Source: an uncultured bacterium (GTDB lineage: Bacteria > Zixibacteria > MSB-5A5 > GN15 > FEB-12). Taken from it: a DNA stretch of 64,000 nt. How positions within the stretch are numbered: the stretch's first letter is position 1; each line of letters begins with the position of its first letter. The DNA lies in NCBI GenBank assembly GCA_965372795.1, contig CBDVDR010000019.1, forward strand, positions 1-64,000, read 5' to 3'. The notes under the pieces are model-generated. The model worked only from the letters and a program-made list of their open reading frames with translations, had not been told where the DNA came from and made no database searches. Positions 39,967-50,368 of this stretch are shown piece by piece. Position numbers and translations under genes: made by a program.

Positions 39967-40841
39967 CAGTGCCTCTTCTCCCTCATCTTAAAGAAATTTA
40001 TCAAAGGCAGAATATAGGATTTGTCAGTTCTAATGTTGATAAAATCAAGATTAATTGTTTGGAAGCCTTTCTGAAGCGTTGTCAAATCTTCCTCAGACCG
40101 GGCGGCAAATTCTTTTCGGAATTTTTTTGATCCGGTATCAATTAAGAAAACCTCACCGGTTTCAGCATCTTCAAGCTCGATCATCCCGACATTATCAAAC
40201 GACACTTCTCGCGGATCGGTAATTTTTATAGCAATCAAGTCATGTTTATTATTTGTAATTTGAAGCGGTTTGAAGAAACCTTCTGATAAAAAATCCGATA
40301 TTAAAAACACAACCGATTTGCGTTTAATAACCCGGCTGAAATATTCCAAGGCTCCGGCAATGTCTGTTCCGGTACTGGTTGGTTTAAAATATAGAATTTC
40401 CCGAATCAGCCTCAAGACGTGAGCCCGACCTTTTTTGGGCGGAACAAATATTTCTATTTTATCAGTAAAAATTATCAGTCCGACTTTGTCATTATTCTTA
40501 ATTGCCGAAAAAGCAAGCAACGCACACATCTCGGCGGCAGTATCGTTTTTGAAGCGATCACGGGTGCCGAACTGACCTGATGATGAGGCATCAAACAGCA
40601 AAATCACCGACAATTCGCGCTCTTCTTTAAATTTCTTAATATATGGATAGCCGGTTCTTGCGGTCACATTCCAATCAATCAAGCGGATATCATCACCCGG
40701 TTCATACTGACGGACCTCTTCAAATTCCATTCCCTGCCCTTTAAAAGTGGAATGGTATTCCCCTGAGAATAGATCATTGACCAGTTTTTTTGTTCGAATC
40801 TCGATCCGTCGAACTTTTTTTAATACTTCTTTTGGAATCAT
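39966..40841 (-). CDS. DUF58 domain protein (MoxR-associated)
   Basis: GEYHSTFKGQGMEFEEVRQYEPGDDIRLIDWNVTAR and ISDF motifs. Confidence 0.93.
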   Translation of the reverse strand: MIPKEVLKKVRRIEIRTKKLVNDLFSGEYHSTFKGQGMEFEEVRQYEPGDDIRLIDWNVTARTGYPYIKKFKEERELSVILLFDASSSGQFGTRDRFKNDTAAEMCALLAFSAIKNNDKVGLIIFTDKIEIFVPPKKGRAHVLRLIREILYFKPTSTGTDIAGALEYFSRVIKRKSVVFLISDFLSEGFFKPLQITNNKHDLIAIKITDPREVSFDNVGMIELEDAETGEVFLIDTGSKKFRKEFAARSEEDLTTLQKGFQTINLDFINIRTDKSYILPLINFFKMREKRH

Positions 40842-40866
40842 AATTAGTTACTCGACAAACAAGTAT

Positions 40867-41856
40867 TTATGGCACCTCGATAGTATCAAAAATTTTCTGA
40901 ACAATATCATCACTTGAGATTTCTTCCGCTTCCGCTTCATAAGTCACCAGCAGACGATGTCTAAGGACATCGGCACCGATAGCTTTGATATCTTCAGGAG
41001 TCACATAGCCCCGCCCTTTCATAAAGGCATGAGCTTTGGCTGCCAGATTCAGATAGATAGTAGCTCGCGGCGAGGCGCCAAACCCGATCAAATCCTTTAT
41101 ATCAGCCAATCCGTATTTTTCAGGTTCACGAGAGGCAAAAACTATGTTGATAATATATTCTTTAATTTTTTCATCAACATAAACTGAACGAACAACCTCA
41201 CGGGCTTTCATAATATCTTCAGGAGAAATTACTTTTGCAACTTCTCCGATTGTACCTTCCGTATTTTTATCCATGATTTCCCGTTCTTCAGCAGGCGATG
41301 GATAAGTAATTTTCAACATCAGCATAAAACGATCAATCTGTGCTTCTGGCAGTGGGTAAGTACCTTCCTGTTCAATTGGGTTCTGAGTAGCCAGAACCAG
41401 AAATGGATTATCAAGCGGATAGGTTTCGGCACCGATTGTCACCTGGCGTTCCTGCATAGCTTCAAGCAATGCTGATTGAACTTTGGCGGGGGCGCGGTTG
41501 ATTTCATCAGCAAGAATAATATTGGCAAAGATCGGTCCTTTTTTGACAGAAAACTCAGAAGTTTGCGGATTATAAATCATAGTACCAATAATATCTGCCG
41601 GCAACAGGTCAGGAGTAAACTGAATGCGTTGAAATTTTGCTTGGATAGCATCTGACATAGTTTTAACCGATAAAGTTTTAGCCAGTCCGGGAACACCTTC
41701 AATAAGAATATGCCCATTCGCTAAAATCCCAATCAACAGCCGTTCGATGAGGTATTTTTGACCAACGATAACATTTCCGATCTCACTGGTAAGTTTGGTG
41801 ACAAATGAAGATTCCTTTTCAACCCTTTGTTGAATTTCCTGAATATCAGTTTCCAT
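40867..41856 (-). CDS. moxR: MoxR family AAA+ ATPase
   Basis: EGVPGLAKT, RIQFTPDLLPAD, DEINRAPAKVQSALLEAM, ATQNPIEQEGTYPLPEAQ and GASPRA motifs. Confidence 0.96.
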   Translation of the reverse strand: METDIQEIQQRVEKESSFVTKLTSEIGNVIVGQKYLIERLLIGILANGHILIEGVPGLAKTLSVKTMSDAIQAKFQRIQFTPDLLPADIIGTMIYNPQTSEFSVKKGPIFANIILADEINRAPAKVQSALLEAMQERQVTIGAETYPLDNPFLVLATQNPIEQEGTYPLPEAQIDRFMLMLKITYPSPAEEREIMDKNTEGTIGEVAKVISPEDIMKAREVVRSVYVDEKIKEYIINIVFASREPEKYGLADIKDLIGFGASPRATIYLNLAAKAHAFMKGRGYVTPEDIKAIGADVLRHRLLVTYEAEAEEISSDDIVQKIFDTIEVP

Positions 41857-41879
41857 TATTCCTCCGATTTATTCTATTC

Positions 41880-42737
41880 TCATATATTCTCAAAATAATT
41901 TCTTATCTCACTTTCCAGCCTGATCGTTTCTCCCGGTGAAGAACTAACAGGGCGGAATTTATCTTTTCGAGCTTTGGTTATCCATTCGAAAACTTTTACG
42001 CTTTGAGCCTCACTTAAGTTGCATTCTGAAAGCTTATTTTCTAATTCTTCATAACTCTCATCCGACACTAAGATACCTTGCGCATCAAAAAGGTAACTAA
42101 CTAATAAATCATACAAGCCTGATTGAAAAATTTTCATATCCGAACCGGCATTTTTTTTCAATTCTGTTAACCCGGTTAGAAATTGCTCTTTCGGAGTGAT
42201 AAATTCTTCTTCTTCCGGTTTTGCTCTTTTTTTGATAAAAATAAATAAACCGCCACTAATAAGAAGAGCCATAGATATAACAGTAATCCAAAATGGAATT
42301 TCATTTGATTCAACTTTTTTAGGTATAGCAGGAGCGATTGTTACCGACATAGCCTCGGTCATCAATTCACCCGGGATACTGTCGGGCATGGCAATGTATG
42401 AAATAGGGACTGATTCAATGGTTACATTGCCTGATCCGATGGGGATTAGCACAAATTTGAATTTTTTGGTAGTAATCTCAGAACCAGATTCACCGGTTGA
42501 GCTGATCGATGATGAAAAACCTCGAACTTTCAGCCTATCAAAATAGGGCGATAAGGGCTTATCAAAATAATAAGCAAATTGAGGACCTTCCCATTGCAGC
42601 TTTATTTCAAAAGTCAGGCTGTCTTCGTACGCAATTTCAAATTTATCTACTGATTGAGATACAGAGATTCCATACGAAGTGAATGGTGTTGCAAAAAACA
42701 GAGCAATTAATAAAAAGTAGAATCGATTCTTTATCAT
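41880..42737 (-). CDS. BatD-like single-Ig-domain membrane protein
   Basis: Signal peptide, one BatD-like repeat, TM, C-terminal helical region ending KF.P; first gene of the Bat operon. Confidence 0.6.
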   Translation of the reverse strand: MIKNRFYFLLIALFFATPFTSYGISVSQSVDKFEIAYEDSLTFEIKLQWEGPQFAYYFDKPLSPYFDRLKVRGFSSSISSTGESGSEITTKKFKFVLIPIGSGNVTIESVPISYIAMPDSIPGELMTEAMSVTIAPAIPKKVESNEIPFWITVISMALLISGGLFIFIKKRAKPEEEEFITPKEQFLTGLTELKKNAGSDMKIFQSGLYDLLVSYLFDAQGILVSDESYEELENKLSECNLSEAQSVKVFEWITKARKDKFRPVSSSPGETIRLESEIRNYFENI

Positions 42738-42822
42738 TTTCCTATAAAAAACTCCAATAAATTTTACAAATTGCTACCATTGAATAAATATTTATACTCA
42801 TAATTTCAATAATCGTTTCATT

Positions 42823-43668
42823 TCAAGCCGCCAAAAGTGCAATTATTCCTAATGCCATCCCTACTTTTAAGGCGGTTGATGTTACTTTTAATCGCTTAAG
42901 AGTCGGTTTTATAATGACCAGAATTAATAAGCATAACAAAGGTATATCAATGAAATAAATAGTTATTATTTCATAAAGCCCCTTAAACCATCCTTCTAAA
43001 ACAGGAATCAGCGTCAAATAAATCAAAATTATCATTAAAACCAGAGCAAGCCATAGCGAAGCCTTTTTTCCGATTACCTGCGGAAGAGTTTTTATATCAA
43101 ACTCTACATCCCCTTTGATATCTTCAATATCCTTAATAATTTCTCTGATCAGGTGGAATAAAAACGAAAAAACCGCCGGAATCAGAGGACCCGGCAGCAA
43201 AAAGGTCGCTTCTGTAGAAACAGCAATTCCTCCGGTGATGAAAGTCAATCCGCCTAATAAGGCTATGGCTATATTTCCGATGAATACTGTCTTTTTGAGA
43301 AAATAATTATAAGCGAACAGAAGTGCGATTGCCAGGGCAACTATAAAAAAGATACTCCAACTGACTATGCAGGCAAATATCAATGCCAAAAAATTAAACA
43401 CCACTGTCAAAATTATCACATAGCGCTTGCTCAAGCTCCCTTTTACCAGAACTCTGTCAGGATGGTTAATCCTATCTGATTCAATATCCAATATGTCATT
43501 TAATGTATTACCGGCGGCACAGGCAAAAAAAGCAGCCAGCGAGGCTATAAATGGTGCAAAATAAGACGGATCGGCTTGGGTCATATATGCCCCGATCCAC
43601 ACTCCGATCATTGTCAAAAAACAATTAACAATTCGGATAATTTTAGCTGATTCGATAATTTTTTGCAC
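42823..43668 (-). CDS. UbiA family prenyltransferase, DGGGP synthase-like
   Basis: GNTLNDILDIESDRINHPDR and REIIKDIEDIKGD aspartate-rich motifs; multi-TM. Confidence 0.85.
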   Translation of the reverse strand: MQKIIESAKIIRIVNCFLTMIGVWIGAYMTQADPSYFAPFIASLAAFFACAAGNTLNDILDIESDRINHPDRVLVKGSLSKRYVIILTVVFNFLALIFACIVSWSIFFIVALAIALLFAYNYFLKKTVFIGNIAIALLGGLTFITGGIAVSTEATFLLPGPLIPAVFSFLFHLIREIIKDIEDIKGDVEFDIKTLPQVIGKKASLWLALVLMIILIYLTLIPVLEGWFKGLYEIITIYFIDIPLLCLLILVIIKPTLKRLKVTSTALKVGMALGIIALLAA

Positions 43669-43673
43669 GTCAA

Positions 43674-43702
43674 AGAATAGCCGTTTTCAATAGCGAAATC
43701 AA
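43674..43702 (-). promoter_or_regulatory. sigma70-type promoter directly upstream of the UbiA-family start codon
   Basis: TTGATT-17 bp-TATTCT, 5 nt before the GTG start; no SD visible. Confidence 0.5.
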
Positions 43703-43706
43703 CTAT

Positions 43707-45353
43707 TTATATTTCCGATATAAATTCTACTGAGAGCCGTGGCTGATCAAAAGATACTGATTGGCTCCACCCAAGTGATATTTTGAGACCTGTTTCAGCA
43801 CTCTTTAGTCCGATTCCAAAACCATATCCGTATTGGAAATCTTCATCGGTCAATATCTGATCTGATTCTGCTATTCTATTATTTAGATAGGCAAGGTCAA
43901 AGAATAAAAAGGAAAAACCTGTCCTGAATTTTAGTTTAGGTTCAATTGTCCCAAAAGCGGTTCTGATTGCAGAAAATTGTTCGTTCTTGAAGCCTCGCAA
44001 CGTGCCCGGTCCCCCGATAAAAGATAGTTCTGATAAAGGCGGCAGTAATTCATTAGTTTCTAACCCGATATAATTTAATTTAACAAAAATCGAAACCAAG
44101 CGGCTTAGATTATGCTCTATAAATCCCGTAAAAGTCGTTCGTGTTTCATTAAAGATATTGATTGAGTTGTTAATTTGTAAATGATCTGAATATTTCCGAT
44201 AGCTGAAGCCTATCTCCCATTTGAAGCTGATCTGATTACGTATATATAACCAGTTATCAGGATTACCTCTTTGGAGAATAAAACTCCCTTCATACATAGA
44301 GTAAGAGGATTGATTGTTTTCCCTGTCTACGCTTTTATATCGCACAGCCACTCCAGTCTTAAAATCCTGATTTAATCTCGTGCTGAAAATCCCCTTAAAT
44401 CCAAATTCATAAAACTCATCCCGATAATCGCGACTGTTGATTCTAAATTGTAATTCATCCTGATGGAATAAAAAGATTGGCTGAAAGTATTCCAAATTGA
44501 GAATATTGCGGTCTTTGTCTTTTCTTTCGGCATCAATTTTAAGCTTTCGACCTTCACCAAAGAGGTTTTCAAAATTAGCCCTTAGTGACCAGACCAGTTG
44601 GCTATTGTTCCCCGGAACATACCCGCCACCACCTTCAAACAGGAAAGGTTTCTTTTCTCGAAAGTGTAAAAGAAGATCAGTCGATGTAAAACCTTCAGTT
44701 GGTATAACTGACAAGCTGTCAAAATACAAAAAGGGAACCGAACGGGCAGTCTGTTTGAGATTGTTTAGAGTTTTCCCGGTTGCATCCTGATTTTTTGATT
44801 CTTTAAAATAATTGGATAAGAATTCGGGATTTGATTTTTTTAAACCCCGGAATTCAATATCACCAATTATAATTTTCGGACCCTTGTTAAGGGTTATAAA
44901 TAGTTCTACTTGAATCGATTCTGATACTACCGAATCTATAACTAAGGTCGAATAATAAAAACCGCTGTCCGTTGAAGAGGTTAAGATTTTCTCAATAGCG
45001 CGATCAATATTTTGTTTAGTGAAAGTCAGATTACTAAATGATTTGATAAATTTATCAGAAACAATAATACTGCTCAAAAAATATTGTTGCCCGGAGTTTA
45101 TTATTAACGCTTTGGGTTCTTTACCATTTTCAAATTTCACGGTTGCGTCTAAATAACCAATATTGATCAAAGCCTGATTAAGGGAATCTACAAAATTTAT
45201 ATCATGTTCAATTTTGGTTTTATATTTTCCAACAATCTGTTCGATATCCTTTTCATCAGACGAGACTTCAATCACAAGACCTGCCTGCAGAGCAGAAAAA
45301 GTAAAAAAGATAAATATGAATATTAAAATTACTTTCATATTAAAATCCCGCAA
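43707..45353 (-). CDS. BamA/TamA (Omp85) family outer-membrane protein with POTRA-like domains
   Basis: GYLDA and GFYYS POTRA-like motifs, NLFGEGR, IGGPGTLRGF (VRGF-like) and YGYGFGI. Confidence 0.8.
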   Translation of the reverse strand: MRDFNMKVILIFIFIFFTFSALQAGLVIEVSSDEKDIEQIVGKYKTKIEHDINFVDSLNQALINIGYLDATVKFENGKEPKALIINSGQQYFLSSIIVSDKFIKSFSNLTFTKQNIDRAIEKILTSSTDSGFYYSTLVIDSVVSESIQVELFITLNKGPKIIIGDIEFRGLKKSNPEFLSNYFKESKNQDATGKTLNNLKQTARSVPFLYFDSLSVIPTEGFTSTDLLLHFREKKPFLFEGGGGYVPGNNSQLVWSLRANFENLFGEGRKLKIDAERKDKDRNILNLEYFQPIFLFHQDELQFRINSRDYRDEFYEFGFKGIFSTRLNQDFKTGVAVRYKSVDRENNQSSYSMYEGSFILQRGNPDNWLYIRNQISFKWEIGFSYRKYSDHLQINNSINIFNETRTTFTGFIEHNLSRLVSIFVKLNYIGLETNELLPPLSELSFIGGPGTLRGFKNEQFSAIRTAFGTIEPKLKFRTGFSFLFFDLAYLNNRIAESDQILTDEDFQYGYGFGIGLKSAETGLKISLGWSQSVSFDQPRLSVEFISEI

Positions 45354-48300
45354 TCAATTCTCCTCGAGCGAAAACCCGCGCCCTTCGGTTATCAGAGTGA
45401 TGACCCGACAAAGACAGATTGAATCTCATCCCTTCTTTTAACCCAAGATTAACTTTTAATGACCACACCGCACCTTTGCTTCCAGGACGATTACCAGTAA
45501 GCAGATATGAAGTAAACCCCGAAATATTCTCAATTGTCTGGCTATATAAATCCAGCGATCCGACAATCTCCCCTCTTTTTTTGAATCTCATAACTGATTT
45601 ACTGATAATTGAGTAGCTTTTAACCTCGTTGCCATTATCAGATGAAGCTTTACGATATTCAAACCCACTTGTAAGTTCTGTTTTATTGAATTGTCTGGTT
45701 ATGCGCTGCGATAATTTAAAACCGTTAATCACTCCACCGTTTGAAAAATAACGATCCCGGTCGAAATTAAAATACTCGCCAAGACTTTCAAAATAAGTGG
45801 AATGCCAGTTATGTTTAACCGAGAATGATAACTGCCTGTCTTTTCTAATTTTCTGCGAGCTGCTTACCTGACGGATCTCGATTGATTCGGCGAGCACAAA
45901 GTTGAGATAGTAATAATTTTTAACCGGAAACAGTTTTAGGTCGGCGTTGTATTCTCTCTGGTAAAACTGGTATGATTGTTTTTCATCAGAATAAAAAGGG
46001 ATGACCCACCATAAATTTCTATTTTTACTATCATCCAATTCCTCACGGATATAAGAATTGAATCGTACCGAGTAAATTGATGACAAAGTTCTAATTTGAA
46101 AACTCTTTTCCCCATTTTTCACTTTAGCGTTATCTGATAGGATTTCATCGACCCTAATGAAATTCCCATTATCATCCGGTATATATTCGCCATCTTCAAA
46201 GATGAAATTACCCTGCCCGTTTTCAACTTCAAGATAATTTATTCCCCGCGCATTACGGGTTTCATTGGACAAGGAGAAAATCCCGCTAAAATTGGTTCTT
46301 GTTCTGGGGGCACTGTAATTATAAGTCAACCGGCTCAATAAAGAATTTTCTTTACGATTAAACAATTCGGATTGTTGATAAGTTAAATTTGAATTAAACC
46401 GAAGCTGTTTGAATTTTCTTTTTGAGGAAATAGAAATCCGGTTACGATTCAGAATATTCAACCATCCGTTTATCAGGGAATCCTCAATATAGTTTTCAAA
46501 ATAAATTTCCTCATTCCCAAACTTAACTTCCCCGCCAATTTTATTATAACGGGTGCCGGTTTTATTTGATTTGTAATAATTCTCCCGTTCGTCTAATTCA
46601 TAGTTAATGGATAGATCAGCTTTATTGCTTAAACGATAGAGAGCTTTTCCAAAATAATTATCAACGAAACCTTTTCTTTTATCAGACTCTATTTGCAGAT
46701 CAGCACGAACGGTTGATAAGCCTAAATTGAATTTTAATTTTCTTTGGGGATCAATCAAAGTCTTGAGATCAATCCTTTTTGATTCAAATAGATTTTTATA
46801 ATCTAATTTTGCAAATGACACATTTATAGAACCAAACGAAAACGGCGAAATTTTTGCTTCAGTCTTATATAATTTTTCATCCGTCAACCCCTTCAGATTA
46901 CCGGGTGAATAATAATTCCGATCAAAATCGGAGCCATAGATCCGATTGCGATTATTAAATTCTTTCTCTTTACTTTGCATATAAAATGAAATTGAGTTTT
47001 CTTTTGAATCCATAACCCAGCGTTTTATTTCTTTTAATTCAAAATAAATACCGGTGTTATCATCATTGGATATATTTGAAAATAAATTCTTATCATAAGT
47101 CGACTGGGCGAAACTTAATGATGCCTCTCCCAAAATATCATTTGTTGTTGAAATCGTTGTACTGACTATATCATTTCGCTCGGGCAATGGTAAAAGCCGT
47201 ACTGGAAGATATTCACCGTTATCGTGACCAACATACCGGTACTCATCCCGCCCTGCAAAAACATAATCACCCTGTTGCTGACCTATAAAACTGAAACGAA
47301 TATCATAATCCCCCAAGCCCTCCCCGACATATTGATAGACAGAGTCCGGAAGACTATCGTTCAATAACACATAAGCGCCAATCGTATCAATAATACTATT
47401 TCTAATTGCCAGTGCCGCGCTGTCGCCAGCCATTGCAATTATCTGTTTATCAGTTTCAGATAATGTCCCCGCCAGCAAATTATTTTTATCATCACCTTCT
47501 CTGACCCAGTTAAACATAATCTTCAATAGTGAATCCTCGACATTCACACCCGCTCCCCCGGCAAACAGTTCGCCCTGATATGAGGTTGTCAATGGTTCAT
47601 AGTCGATCTCTATCCGACTTCTGGAATCAATGGGATGCTTGGCATTGAAGGTAATTTCACCGGACACATAATCAATCAGATAATCAAGGTTACTTCCTTT
47701 TTTAAGTTCTACTCCATCAAGCCAAATTTGTTCAGAGCCGGGGACAACCGGAAGCGACGCATTATTTGAATTCAACTGATATGGTCCTTGTTTGGTATCG
47801 ACCCCGAAAATTTTAATTGTACTAAATCGTCCTTTGGGTCTCGCCGCCGTAAAATCAAGGTTAAATCGTGATGCGTTATAGTTTAGTGATGCCCCTGATA
47901 ACTTTTTTAATGAACTATTCACCGGGTTATTTAATCCGCGATATTGTATATCACCGATTTGAATATTTAGCTTTGGAGATGAAAGTTGTAATTTGATTTT
48001 ATCAAGTTCATTAATTCGACTGTTAGCGGTTCCATAGGAGGGATTATAACCTCGGTCTGAAATTGATCCGGTTAATTCCACATCATTTCCCAAACTGCCC
48101 GAGATGCTTAAATCGAGAGATTGTGTAAAATCGGCCGCACCGGTAGAATTTGAATTGAACCTGAATGTTTTCGCACCGGTAATTGACAGATCATTCTGGT
48201 TATTGGTAAGTTTCTTTTGAGGACCTAGATTAGAGCTATTATTTTTTTTCTTAATTGAAGTCGCGAACTTATCCGGTTTGTTGCCATAGCTTTTAGTTAA

Positions 48301-48626
48301 CCAATTCGGCAAGGGCTTATATTTTACAATCAGGGAATCCGAATCCAATATTGGTTCAGTAATTTTAAGAACAAATCGTTTAAGTTGAGGATCAAAATAG
48401 TAGTCAATATTTCGTTTCAGAATTTGATTGTTGAAAAGCAGGGTATCTGACCTTTGAAAGATTAAACGATTCCCGGTTGAAACGCCATTATTGATTTGCT
48501 TACCGGATAAAATTACAGTTTCACAGAAAGAATCAGCAGGGCTAAATATGATTAAAAATATAACAAAAAAAAAGAACAGATGATACTTGTCAGGCGGTTC
48601 TTATTGGTAAGGGTCGAAATTTTCAT
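45340..48626 (-). CDS. Large outer-membrane beta-barrel protein with SprA-N-like region; 5' end frameshifted at a T9 tract (48565-48573)
   Basis: The main frame stays open upstream of the annotated TTG 48348 to 48600 and contains a signal-peptide h-region. The ATG at 48626 is in another frame, which joins the main frame if the T tract is 10 or 7 nt. C-terminal Phe. Confidence 0.7.
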
Positions 48627-48631
48627 ATTAT

Positions 48632-49579
48632 CTATTCTCTAAAAATTTTACAAATAATAAGCCTGTTATTCCCCCGGTCGGCAATTAAAAGTTTATTATC
48701 TTTTAACCGTATTAGATCGGTCGGTTCTCGCAAAGAAAGATCATCACCTGGCAGGTTTGGACCCAGTTCAAATAGAATGTTTCCGGCCTGGTTGACATAA
48801 TAGATTTTATTTTCATAACTATCAAGAACCCAGAAATTGTGTCCCTCAGCAATCAATGCTGTCGGAGTGATGTCTTTATCAAACTTAATCCCAGTTTCAT
48901 AATTTCCGTATTCATCATAAATAACTAACCGTCCGTTGTCAGAATCGCAAATGGCAAAACTGTTTCCTTTAAGTCTTACAATTTTTTCAGGGAATCGAAG
49001 TTGTCCGCCGCTGGTTCCAAAATCTCCGACAAATCTTTCAAACGATCCAAAACTATTAAACACTGCAATGCGATTTTTTTCTTTATCACAAACCCACAAT
49101 TCCCCAAAATCAGCGACAGCTATTCCTGAAGGGGTTCCAAATTTAGTTTGGTCATCAAAATCATAAAAATCAATAATATCGACAAAGTTCAGTTGTGCAT
49201 CATATCTTGAAATCCGGCGATTGCCTTCTTCTGAAACTAACAGATTCAAACCGTTATCCATCTCAAGGAAGGTCGGCTTATCAAGCAGTCCCTCTTGCCG
49301 TCCGGCTCCTCCAATATAGGCTATAGCCTTAAAGGCAGTATCAAATTTAAGCAGCCTGTCATTACCGTAATCAGAAACAAATATATTACCTTTCATATCA
49401 ACCGTCAGCCCATAAGGGCCATTAAGCAAGATTCCAAAAAATTGCCCTTTGATCTCTTTTTCAAAAATTACATGTAATGGGATTTTCTGATTTGATATTT
49501 GTTGAGTGAATTCAGGCGGTGTGGAACAGGATACGAATAGAATTAGTATTGATATAATCACAAAATACGATCTATACAT
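48632..49579 (-). CDS. NHL-repeat (six-bladed propeller) lipoprotein
   Basis: Lipobox FVSC; repeated P.G.....GNIFVSDYGNDR / ADRGNNR units. Confidence 0.85.
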   Translation of the reverse strand: MYRSYFVIISILILFVSCSTPPEFTQQISNQKIPLHVIFEKEIKGQFFGILLNGPYGLTVDMKGNIFVSDYGNDRLLKFDTAFKAIAYIGGAGRQEGLLDKPTFLEMDNGLNLLVSEEGNRRISRYDAQLNFVDIIDFYDFDDQTKFGTPSGIAVADFGELWVCDKEKNRIAVFNSFGSFERFVGDFGTSGGQLRFPEKIVRLKGNSFAICDSDNGRLVIYDEYGNYETGIKFDKDITPTALIAEGHNFWVLDSYENKIYYVNQAGNILFELGPNLPGDDLSLREPTDLIRLKDNKLLIADRGNNRLIICKIFRE

Positions 49580-50362
49580 TTAGAATCCGGGGAAATAAGT
49601 TAAGTTAAATTGAGATTTTTGATTAAAGGGATTAATCGACAGTTTTATTTTCTTATTATCCATATTTGAAAATTCATCAATTACTCTTTGGGAACGGCGA
49701 GCATCTCGTACGGCATCTATTACTGAGACAATGCGATTTAACAATAATAATCCCAGTGTAAATTCTGATCGCCGGAAGGCTTCCCGACTGCGGTTTTTTA
49801 GATTTCTGAAGATCGCCTGTTCTTTATCTGACTGCCAGCGCCAATGATTTTCGGGAGTGTCATCAAGATACTCTCGTTCCGGGTCAAATGCCCGACCAAA
49901 AGAATTGTATCGATCAATGCTCTCATAAAACCCGACCATATCAACATACTCATCAGACTTGCCAGCTAACTCCGCATTAGCATTTGATCTTGCAAATCCT
50001 AACATATCATCATTCTTCCAACCGCCGTAAACTCGATACGATGCAAAAGCTGCCCAGCCGAATACTTCAACCGCGAAAAAATATTTTGCTTTGGTGCGAT
50101 TTCCAAGATAGTATTCCCCCATACCCGGCAATATAAACGAATACAATGCGGCTCGTAATACCGATGGTTTGTAACCGGAGCCATTAAAGTCTTTGGCTTT
50201 TTTATTACCATCGTTATTGAAATCATCAAAATCACTATTAAGGGCAAAGACAGGCTTTGATATTTCAGCCTTTAATGATTCTTGAATTGGTTCTTCTGAA
50301 AGTTCAACGGCATTAGAACTTACAGATAAAAACAATAATAATGTTACTAAAATATGCTTCAT
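49580..50362 (-). CDS. Hypothetical exported/membrane protein (DUF5683-like)
   Basis: Signal peptide; AALYSFILPGMGEYY and NRIVSVIDA; C-terminal Phe; paralogous to the adjacent gene. Confidence 0.65.
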   Translation of the reverse strand: MKHILVTLLLFLSVSSNAVELSEEPIQESLKAEISKPVFALNSDFDDFNNDGNKKAKDFNGSGYKPSVLRAALYSFILPGMGEYYLGNRTKAKYFFAVEVFGWAAFASYRVYGGWKNDDMLGFARSNANAELAGKSDEYVDMVGFYESIDRYNSFGRAFDPEREYLDDTPENHWRWQSDKEQAIFRNLKNRSREAFRRSEFTLGLLLLNRIVSVIDAVRDARRSQRVIDEFSNMDNKKIKLSINPFNQKSQFNLTYFPGF

Positions 50363-50368
50363 ATTCTC

